Below are positions 25,575 through 32,000 of a DNA stretch of 32,000 nucleotides, piece by piece (positions within the stretch are counted from its first letter, which is position 1; every line of letters begins with the position of its first letter). The position numbers and the translations under genes are program-made. The stretch comes from Sedimentisphaera cyanobacteriorum. Its GTDB lineage: Bacteria > Planctomycetota > Phycisphaerae > Sedimentisphaerales > Sedimentisphaeraceae. A model generated the notes under the pieces. That model was not told the DNA's origin, searched no databases, and was given only the letters and a program-made list of their open reading frames with translations. The stretch lies in the NCBI RefSeq assembly GCF_001997385.1, contig NZ_CP019633.1, positions 2,130,001 through 2,162,000 of the forward strand. Direction: 5' to 3'.

Positions 25575-26918
25575 ATGAAGGCAAAAAACAATAAAGCAGG
25601 CTTACTCTTTCAGCAGCCATTAAAACCTCTTGTAAATCCTGATCACTCTTTAGTCCAACTCTCAGAGGTTGTCAACTGGTCTCGCTTTGAAGAAAAGTTT
25701 GGCAGTTTATACAGTCCTGATTCAGGCAGGCCGGCCAAGCCGATTCGCCTGATGGTCGGCCTTCAGTATCTCAAGTACACTTTCAATCTCAGCGATGAAG
25801 CAATCGTTGCCGGCTGGGTTGAGAATCCTTACTGGCAGTATTTCTGCGGCGAAAGATACTTCCAGCACGAGCCTCCTATTGATCCAACCAGTATGACTAA
25901 GTGGCGTAATAAGGTAAAATCTGATGGTCTTGAAGAGCTGCTCGAAGAAACTATCAAAGCCGGCTTGAAGCTTAAGGTTATCAAAAAGAACGATTTCAAC
26001 AAGCTCGTTGCAGATACAACCGTTCAGCAGAAGAACATCACTTATCCGACCGACGCAAAACTCTGCCACAAACTGCGCATTAAGCTTGTAGATCTTGCAA
26101 AAGCATCAAAACTCCAACTTCGCCAAAGCTACGAAAGGGTTGGGAAAAGGGCGTATGTAATGCAGGGCAGGTATCGACGTGCAAGACAGTTCAAAAGAGC
26201 TAAAAAAGAAGTGAAGAAATTAAGGAACTACCTGCGGCGAATTACGAAAGAGGTCGAGCGGAATATAGCAGGCAATGAGCAGTTAAGAATAATTTTTGAT
26301 ACATTGCTTCAAGCCGCTAAGAAGCTTTTAGCCCAGACAAAGAAAAGCAAAAATAAACTCTACAGTATTCACGAACCTCACGTCTGCTGCATTGGGAAAG
26401 GCAAAAGCCACAAGAAATATGAGTTTGGAAATAAGGTTGGAATTGTAACTACTGCCAAGAATAATTTTATCGTAGGAGCGTTGGGCTTTGAAGGAAACCC
26501 TTATGATGGCCATACTCTTCGGGCTAATCTGAAGCAGACAATGAATTTAATCGGGAGAGAAAAGCTTGGAGATGTTTATGTTGATGGAGGATACAAGAAA
26601 CATGGCTGCGAAGATATTGGAAATGTTGAAATTGTAGAAAAGGGCTGGCGAAAAAAGAAACGAAGTATCAAGAGGTGGATTAAGAGAAGATCGAGCATAG
26701 AACCAACGATAGGCCACCTCAAAGAAGACAACAGGTTGGGAAGAAACTTCTTGAAAGGTGTAGAAGGGGACAAAATGAACGCCCTCGGCAGCGCTTTTGG
26801 GTACAATATGCGTAAACTTCTAAAGAAGTTTACTTTTGCCTATATTTTTATGCTTAAAATTATTGAATTTTACAGAAATTTGGCAATGAAAAGCAAATTA
26901 AAGACTCGATTAGCCTGA
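25575..26918 (+). CDS. IS5-family DDE transposase (N-terminal DUF772-type domain). ATG at 25575; the ORF track uses TTG at 25554.
   Basis: N-terminal motif is PAKPIRLMVGLQYLKYTFNLSDEAIVAGWVENPYWQYFCG. The DDE-region motifs are ADTTVQQKNITYPTDAKL, VYVDGGYKKHG and RRSSIEPTIGHLKEDNRLGRNFLKG. Confidence 0.9.
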   Translation: MKAKNNKAGLLFQQPLKPLVNPDHSLVQLSEVVNWSRFEEKFGSLYSPDSGRPAKPIRLMVGLQYLKYTFNLSDEAIVAGWVENPYWQYFCGERYFQHEPPIDPTSMTKWRNKVKSDGLEELLEETIKAGLKLKVIKKNDFNKLVADTTVQQKNITYPTDAKLCHKLRIKLVDLAKASKLQLRQSYERVGKRAYVMQGRYRRARQFKRAKKEVKKLRNYLRRITKEVERNIAGNEQLRIIFDTLLQAAKKLLAQTKKSKNKLYSIHEPHVCCIGKGKSHKKYEFGNKVGIVTTAKNNFIVGALGFEGNPYDGHTLRANLKQTMNLIGREKLGDVYVDGGYKKHGCEDIGNVEIVEKGWRKKKRSIKRWIKRRSSIEPTIGHLKEDNRLGRNFLKGVEGDKMNALGSAFGYNMRKLLKKFTFAYIFMLKIIEFYRNLAMKSKLKTRLA

Positions 26919-27049
26919 TATATTTTTTTAGTTTCCCCAAAATCATTGATTTTTCAGGAACGACTTTTTAGTTCAATCTCGCTTTTTCTGCTGCTCGCTG
27001 CGGGTTTAAATGCTCTTCTAATTTTCAGCATTCAAAGCAGATCTTTGCT

Positions 27050-27091
27050 GTACATAAAAACAAAAAGCCGCATCCATTCAAGATGCGGCTT
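27050..27091 (-). terminator. Rho-independent terminator of rplU
   Basis: A perfect 10-bp stem pairs AAGCCGCATC (27065-27074) with GATGCGGCTT (27082-27091) around a 7-nt loop. On the minus strand it is followed by TTTTGTTTTT, the complement of about 27054-27064. Confidence 0.7.
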
Positions 27092-27122
27092 GTATTCCTG
27101 CTTTGATTTTGGTTTGAAGCAT

Positions 27123-27476
27123 TTATGCTTCGATTGCATCCACCACTACCTGAAGGTATTTCTGGCGGTGTCCAACTCTCTTTCTGCTGTGCTTCCTTCT
27201 GCGGAAATAAGTTGGGTAAACCTTTTTGCCCTTGAATACCGCAGTTTTCTCGGCCTCTTCGCCGGTTTTCTTGTCGAAGTATTTTACTTTCGCAGTAACC
27301 TTCGCACCGTCGATATACGGTTTGCCGATTTTGATTTCCTGCCCGTCGCTTACGAAGAGCACTTTATCCATCTCAAGCACTTCCGCACCGTTTTCCAGGT
27401 CGGTAAGTTCGATGTTGATCACATCTCCCTGAGACACTTTATATTGTTTTCCGCCTTGTTCTACTATTGCGTACAT
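27123..27476 (-). CDS. rplU: 50S ribosomal protein L21
   Basis: 117 aa. N-terminus MYAIVEQGGKQYKVSQGDVINIE is the canonical L21 start. The C-terminus is basic (RRRKHSRKRVGHRQ). Confidence 0.93.
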   Translation of the reverse strand: MYAIVEQGGKQYKVSQGDVINIELTDLENGAEVLEMDKVLFVSDGQEIKIGKPYIDGAKVTAKVKYFDKKTGEEAEKTAVFKGKKVYPTYFRRRKHSRKRVGHRQKYLQVVVDAIEA

Positions 27477-27601
27477 ATCTTAAACCTTGATTACTGAATT
27501 AATAAAGGAAAGTGGGATTATACGAAAAAAATATTTTTGTAAAGCCTTATTTTGAGCCTGAGAGGGGATTTTTTCATTTTTTTTGGCTCTCGGGCAGATT
27601 T

Positions 27602-28540
27602 TCATTTATCCTGCCTGCTGAATGAGTCTCTCGGGTGCGCTTTTTTGTAAACGTCTTTGAGTCTTTTTGTGGTTAGATGCGTGTAAACCTGAGTGGCAGC
27701 GATGGATTTGTGCCCCAGAAGCTCCTGCACGCTCCGCAGGTCTGCATTGTGGTCTAAGAGGTGGGTTGCGTAGCTGTGGCGGAGGGTGTGAGGGGTTGCA
27801 GATTTGCTGAGCCCCGCCTTCAGCAGATACTTCTTGAGCATCTTTCTTATGCCTCCGTCCTGAAGGCGCCGGCCGAATCTGTTCAGGAAAACCGCCTCTT
27901 GGTCAAAAGCCCCGCCCTTTTCCCTGAAATGGTTCTCGGCGAGCTTGATATAATCTTCAACCGCTCTTTTCGCTCTCTCGCCCAGCGGGCAGAGCCTTTC
28001 TCGACTGCCCTTGCCGCGTACTTTGACAATTCTGCCCCCGCTTTTGAAGCTGCTTCTGCAAAGGCCTGTAAGCTCGCTTATCCTGAGCCCGCCTCCGTAG
28101 AGAACTTCCAGTATCGCCTTGTCTCTCGCTCCCAGCCACGTGCTGAGGTCCTGTTCGCTGAGCAGGTAGTCTATTTCCTTTTCCGTGAGGAAATTCGGGA
28201 GCTTGCCGTCTGGTTTTGGGGTTCTAAGGCCTGTTATCGGGTTGATGCTTATCTTACCGCTCTGGAGCAGATGCTTATAGAAGCTTCTCAGCGAGGAGAC
28301 CCGCCTTGCGGCAGATTTCTTGCCAAGCCCTTCAAGGCTGCAGCGGGTTAGGTATGCACGGATAATCTCAGGGCCGGCATCAAAAATCGAGCCAAACTCC
28401 TCCTCTGAGAGAAAATCAGCGAAATCTTTCAAATCGTTTCGGTACGAGCTTACTGTAAGCTCTGCGCTGCCCCGCTGGCAGCGGAGAAATTCGAGAAATT
28501 CGCTTACTGCCGCTTCGTTTTTTTCGCTATAATCGCTCAC
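27602..28540 (-). CDS. Tyrosine recombinase, XerC/XerD family
   Basis: 312 aa. The N-terminal SAM-like domain contains ARRVSSLRSFYKHL. The catalytic region is GGLRISEL...HTLRHSYATHLLDHNADLRSVQELLGHKSIAATQVYTHL. Confidence 0.88.
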   Translation of the reverse strand: MSDYSEKNEAAVSEFLEFLRCQRGSAELTVSSYRNDLKDFADFLSEEEFGSIFDAGPEIIRAYLTRCSLEGLGKKSAARRVSSLRSFYKHLLQSGKISINPITGLRTPKPDGKLPNFLTEKEIDYLLSEQDLSTWLGARDKAILEVLYGGGLRISELTGLCRSSFKSGGRIVKVRGKGSRERLCPLGERAKRAVEDYIKLAENHFREKGGAFDQEAVFLNRFGRRLQDGGIRKMLKKYLLKAGLSKSATPHTLRHSYATHLLDHNADLRSVQELLGHKSIAATQVYTHLTTKRLKDVYKKAHPRDSFSRQDK

Positions 28541-28565
28541 TGCCCGCTCCGTTTGCCGGCTGATA

Positions 28566-29561
28566 TCAGCCGAATGAATCGTAATAAATGTTCTGCCCGA
28601 TAACGCCCAGCTCTTTCAGAACGTCAATTGAGGCGTATATCATCCCCGGGCTTCCGCAGAGAAACGCCTCGCAAGAGCTCAGATCGCTGCACCTTTGTTT
28701 CAAGGCATCGGTTACAAGCCCTGTCTGCCCCTGCCAGCTCTTGCCCGGGTAATGTATCACAGGGACAAATTTGAAATTCGGGATTGTTTTTTCGAATTCC
28801 CTCATCTCATCAAGCATATAGATATCATCTTCAGTTTCTGCGCCGAAAAAGTATGTTGCAGGCCTTTTATCTTGGGTGTTTCTCATCTCGAAGAGAAGGT
28901 TGCGTATTGAGCTCATCCCCGAACCGCCCGCTATCATCACAGCAGGGCTGCTGCTTTTGGTAAGGCCGAAATCGCCCTCGGGCCCTTCAAATTCGATCAC
29001 TTCACCCACCTTCAGATGCTCAAAGAGGTATTTTGTGCAGAGGCCGGAGGGGGTTTGGCGGATTATCAGCTCGAATTGAGATTTATCTGACGGGTCTGAG
29101 GCGAGGGAGAAGGTTCTGGTTACGGCAGTTTCCGAGCATTCATACGCAGGGGCTGTAAGCAGGATATACTGCCCGGGGCGGTAGTCCAGAGTGCCTTCAT
29201 TCATCTCGAAGCGGAAAAGCCTTATGTCTCCGGTGAGCGGGGTGATCTGCCGGCAGACGGCTTCGAACGTGTTTACGCCCTCGAGATGTTCCTCAAGCTC
29301 CACGGAAATATCACTCTGCACCTCAACCTGACACGCCAGCCGCCGGCCGTCTTCCAGCCGGCCCTTGGACTGCTGCTTCTTTTCTGCGTCGGTAAGCTGG
29401 CCTGCGGCGTCCGTTTTCACGCTGCACTTCCCGCATACGCCCCTGCCGCCGCATACGCCAAGCTCTATCCCCCCAGAGGCAAGCACCTCGCGGAGATTTG
29501 CACCTGCTCCGCAGCGTATTATCTTCTCTCCATTGTTTACCTTTACACTGAATTCATCCAT
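28566..29561 (-). CDS. 2Fe-2S ferredoxin domain fused to an FAD/NAD(P)-binding FNR-like reductase (NqrF-like, no TM segment)
   Basis: 331 aa. Contains the cluster motif CGGRGVCGKCSV...C, the FAD motif RTFSLAS (RxYS type), and the NAD motif VMIAGGSGMSSI. Confidence 0.8.
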   Translation of the reverse strand: MDEFSVKVNNGEKIIRCGAGANLREVLASGGIELGVCGGRGVCGKCSVKTDAAGQLTDAEKKQQSKGRLEDGRRLACQVEVQSDISVELEEHLEGVNTFEAVCRQITPLTGDIRLFRFEMNEGTLDYRPGQYILLTAPAYECSETAVTRTFSLASDPSDKSQFELIIRQTPSGLCTKYLFEHLKVGEVIEFEGPEGDFGLTKSSSPAVMIAGGSGMSSIRNLLFEMRNTQDKRPATYFFGAETEDDIYMLDEMREFEKTIPNFKFVPVIHYPGKSWQGQTGLVTDALKQRCSDLSSCEAFLCGSPGMIYASIDVLKELGVIGQNIYYDSFG

Positions 29562-29710
29562 TTAGTCCGCCTCGCTGATTTTTTATGTTTCCCTTATTGC
29601 AAACAGCATATTATACATATATCACTCATTTTACAACTAATCAAACTTTCTGCTTGCATCATTTAAATGTTAGTTTAGATTTAATAATATCTGTATGAAG
29701 TGAGGCATTT

Positions 29711-30346
29711 ATGAACATATCTAATGCGAAAATATACCACATAACTCATATCAACAATTTAGATAATATTATAAGAAACAGAGCTGTTTATTCGGATGCC
29801 AGGCTCTCAAAAATGGACATTAACACTGAAGTTGTTGGCATGGAAAGTATTAAATACAGAAGATTACACGAAATTAAGGTTAAATGTTACCCCCATACAA
29901 CAGTAGGTCAATATGTACCGTTTAATTTTTGCCCCAGATCAATTATGCTTTACATCTTACATAAGAGTAACCACGAGAATATTAAATACAGTGGTGGGCA
30001 AGCACCAATTTTACACCTTCAGGCAGACTTTCATAATGCGGTAGAATGGGCTGAAAAAAATAATGTTAAATGGGCATACACAGATATAAATGCTTCAACT
30101 TTTTATGCCAATTTTTATAATAAGTTAAACAATATAAACGAAAATATTAACTGGCAGGCAGTTAATTCAAAACACTGGCAAGACAAGGAAATTAAAGAGC
30201 GAAAGCAAGCTGAATTTTTGTTCTATGATTTATTTCCCCTTGAACTCATTGAAAAAATAGGGGTATTCAGCAAAGAGCAAAAACTACTGGTTTCAAAAAA
30301 AGTAAATAATATTGATGTCTCAATTGAAACTAGCTGGTATTATTAG
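29711..30346 (+). CDS. darT: DarT, DUF4433 ssDNA thymidine ADP-ribosyltransferase toxin
   Basis: 211 aa with the motifs IYHITHINNLDNII, QYVPFNFCPRSIMLY and AYTDINAS, and the catalytic-Glu region RKQAEFLFYDLFPLELIEKIGV. GAGG Shine-Dalgarno lies 7 nt upstream. A macrodomain gene follows 12 nt downstream. Confidence 0.85.
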   Translation: MNISNAKIYHITHINNLDNIIRNRAVYSDARLSKMDINTEVVGMESIKYRRLHEIKVKCYPHTTVGQYVPFNFCPRSIMLYILHKSNHENIKYSGGQAPILHLQADFHNAVEWAEKNNVKWAYTDINASTFYANFYNKLNNINENINWQAVNSKHWQDKEIKERKQAEFLFYDLFPLELIEKIGVFSKEQKLLVSKKVNNIDVSIETSWYY

Positions 30347-30358
30347 CTTGAGGCTTAT

Positions 30359-31405
30359 ATGATAAAAACAACAAAAGGCGACATTCTAAAAGCAGATACT
30401 CAGGCCATTGTGAATACGGTTAATTGCGTAGGCGTTATGGGAAGAGGTATTGCGCTGCAATTTCGTAAAACCTTTCCTGAAAATTTCAAGAGCTATAAAT
30501 CTGCCTGCGAAAAAAATAAAATTAAACCGGGGAAAATGTTTACCTTCAGCCTAAACAGTTTTTCAAACCCAAAGTATATCATCAATTTTCCCACTAAAAG
30601 GCACTGGAAAGGCAAAAGCAGGCTTGAAGATATTGAGTCTGGCTTAAAAAGTCTGGCCTTAGAAGTTCGCCAGCTGAAGATTGGTTCTGTAGCTTTGCCT
30701 CCTTTAGGCTGCGGACTTGGGGGGCTTTCTTGGGCTGAGGTCAGACCTATGATAGAAAAAACTTTTTCCTCTTTACCGGAAGTTGAAGTTTTGCTATACG
30801 AGCCTGCCGGTGCTCCTCAAGCTAAAGCAATGGCCAAAAAAAGGAAATGCCCTGAGATGACAGCTGGCAGGGCTGCCCTTATTGGATTGATGGACAACTA
30901 CTTAAAAGGGTTTATTGATCCTTTTGTAAGCCTGCTTGAGATTCATAAGCTAATGTATTTTATGCAGTTTTCCGGTGAAAATCTCCGTCTCAGATACGCC
31001 AAGGGGAAATATGGGCCTTATGCTGAAAATCTTCGACATGTTCTCAATGAAATAGAGGGGTACTTTATAGAAGGTTATGCCGATGCTGGAGATAACCCAG
31101 ATAAGCAGATAGAGCTTATTCCAAATGCGGTAAAACAGGCTGAGAGCTTTCTCAAGGGGCACAAAAATACTCTTGCCCGTTTTGAGAAGGTTGTGGATTT
31201 AATCCAAGGATTTGAGACACCGTATGGAATGGAGCTTCTTTCAACTGTCCATTGGGCAGCAGAAAAAGAAAACGCCAAAAACATTGAGCAGGTGGTTGAG
31301 AAAACCTATGCTTGGAACGAGCGCAAGAAGATGTTCAAGAAAGAGCATATAAAATTGGCTTACGAAGTGCTTAAAGATAAAGGGTGGGTTGAGGGCTGCT
31401 GTTAA
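30359..31405 (+). CDS. darG: DarG, macrodomain ADP-ribosylglycohydrolase antitoxin with a C-terminal toxin-binding domain
   Basis: 348 aa. The N-terminal macrodomain is GDILKADTQAIVNTVNCVGVMGRGIALQFRKTFPENF...INFPTKRHWKGKSRLEDI...LPPLGCGLGGLSW. A second domain of about 190 aa follows. Confidence 0.85.
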   Translation: MIKTTKGDILKADTQAIVNTVNCVGVMGRGIALQFRKTFPENFKSYKSACEKNKIKPGKMFTFSLNSFSNPKYIINFPTKRHWKGKSRLEDIESGLKSLALEVRQLKIGSVALPPLGCGLGGLSWAEVRPMIEKTFSSLPEVEVLLYEPAGAPQAKAMAKKRKCPEMTAGRAALIGLMDNYLKGFIDPFVSLLEIHKLMYFMQFSGENLRLRYAKGKYGPYAENLRHVLNEIEGYFIEGYADAGDNPDKQIELIPNAVKQAESFLKGHKNTLARFEKVVDLIQGFETPYGMELLSTVHWAAEKENAKNIEQVVEKTYAWNERKKMFKKEHIKLAYEVLKDKGWVEGCC

Positions 31406-31497
31406 TCTGTTTTCGCAGAAAAAAATGATGAAATCGCTGAGCAGATTTATATAATCGGATTCTCAATATAAGGCAGAAAAAATTAAGAGGTATAGAA

Positions 31498-31980
31498 ATG
31501 GCGAAGGCCCACGTTTACAAACGCGACCACATAAACACAGATGAGATAATCCCCGCGAGATACTTAAACACAGACAGCCGCGAGGAGCTTGCCAAGCACT
31601 GCTTAGAGGATCTGGATCCGGAATTTATGCAGAAGGCCGGTGAGGGCGATGTTATCGTCGGCGGGCAGGACTTCGGCTGCGGATCGAGCAGGGAGCATGC
31701 TGTATGGGCAATTCAGAACGCTGATTTGGGCGCTGTAATAGCCGAATCGTTTGCGAGAATATTCTACCGCAACTGCATCAACTGCGGATTCTACCCGATA
31801 GAGCTGAAAAACGCCTCAGAGCATATAAACGACGGGGACGAGCTCAGCATATACTACGAAAACGGCAAAATATTCAACAAAACTCAGGGCAGTGAGATTG
31901 ATTTCAAGCCTCTGCCGGATTTTGCTCTGGAAATCGTTCGCGACGGCGGCCTCCTGAACCACATCAGCAAGAAAGTTTAG
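31498..31980 (+). CDS. leuD: 3-isopropylmalate (or homoaconitate) dehydratase small subunit, short type-2 form
   Basis: 160 aa with the motifs INTDEIIPARYL, VGGQDFGCGSSREHAVWAI and ESFARIFYRNCIN. Confidence 0.88.
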   Translation: MAKAHVYKRDHINTDEIIPARYLNTDSREELAKHCLEDLDPEFMQKAGEGDVIVGGQDFGCGSSREHAVWAIQNADLGAVIAESFARIFYRNCINCGFYPIELKNASEHINDGDELSIYYENGKIFNKTQGSEIDFKPLPDFALEIVRDGGLLNHISKKV

Positions 31981-32000
31981 GGTTTGCCAAAACGTTTTTT

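Larger units (their letters stand above)
25432..26965 (+). mobile_element. IS5-family insertion sequence, about 1.53 kb, single intact transposase ORF
   Basis: Terminal inverted repeats are AGTCGCCCCTGAAAAA (25432-25447) and the reverse complement of 26950-26965, AGTCGTTCCTGAAAAA; 14 of 16 positions match. T-rich flanks (TTTT or TTTTTA) on both sides are consistent with a target-site duplication. The exact IR/TSD boundary is ambiguous by 1-2 nt. Confidence 0.8.

Noticed and set aside
26946-27497. 183-aa plus-strand ORF spanning the rplU locus
   Set aside because: It lies antisense to a canonical L21 gene and runs through the rplU terminator hairpin. The translation is hydrophobic junk with no motifs.
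27602-28540. The tyrosine recombinase as the integrase of a genomic island carrying DarTG
   Set aside because: Its size and motifs fit housekeeping XerC/XerD. It is separated from DarTG by a high-GC reductase gene. I found no flanking direct repeats or a tRNA attachment site.
1-32000. CRISPR arrays, tRNA/rRNA genes, and prophage or integron structures
   Set aside because: No regularly spaced direct repeats, no tRNA-like T-arm or acceptor patterns, and no phage structural or attC-like features were seen on either strand. This visual scan cannot replace tRNAscan or Infernal.

Overview
The window is a mostly housekeeping chromosomal segment of moderate GC. The array of Tat-signal Cys-type sulfatases suggests a sulfatase-rich PVC-type bacterium (Planctomycetota/Phycisphaerae, Kiritimatiellota or Lentisphaerota), but this taxon call is inference only. 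Core genes in order: secG (5' partial), yicC-gmk-rpoZ-coaC, an S41 PDZ protease, an alkaline-phosphatase-superfamily phosphodiesterase overlapping a frameshifted PatB/MalY-type C-S lyase, four tandem minus-strand sulfatases (two are a recent tandem duplication), a secreted alpha/beta hydrolase, argC plus a metallophosphoesterase, tex, argH-panB, folC, rplU, a XerC/D-type recombinase, an NqrF-like 2Fe-2S/FNR reductase, and leuD. Three visibly AT-richer accessory inserts interrupt this backbone. (1) A two-gene restriction-modification-like cassette (uncharacterised PD-(D/E)XK-like protein plus beta-class DPPF methyltransferase) sits tightly between tex and argH. (2) An intact IS5-family element with imperfect inverted repeats and a T-rich target duplication lies between the convergent folC and rplU terminators. 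(3) A DarT/DarG (DUF4433 ADP-ribosyltransferase plus macrodomain antitoxin) module lies just upstream of a leuD that has no leuC. DarTG is the strongest defence-type system here, but it belongs to a described family. I saw nothing I can defend as a wholly new system; the R-M partner protein is the least characterised component. No rRNA, tRNA or CRISPR array was seen by eye.
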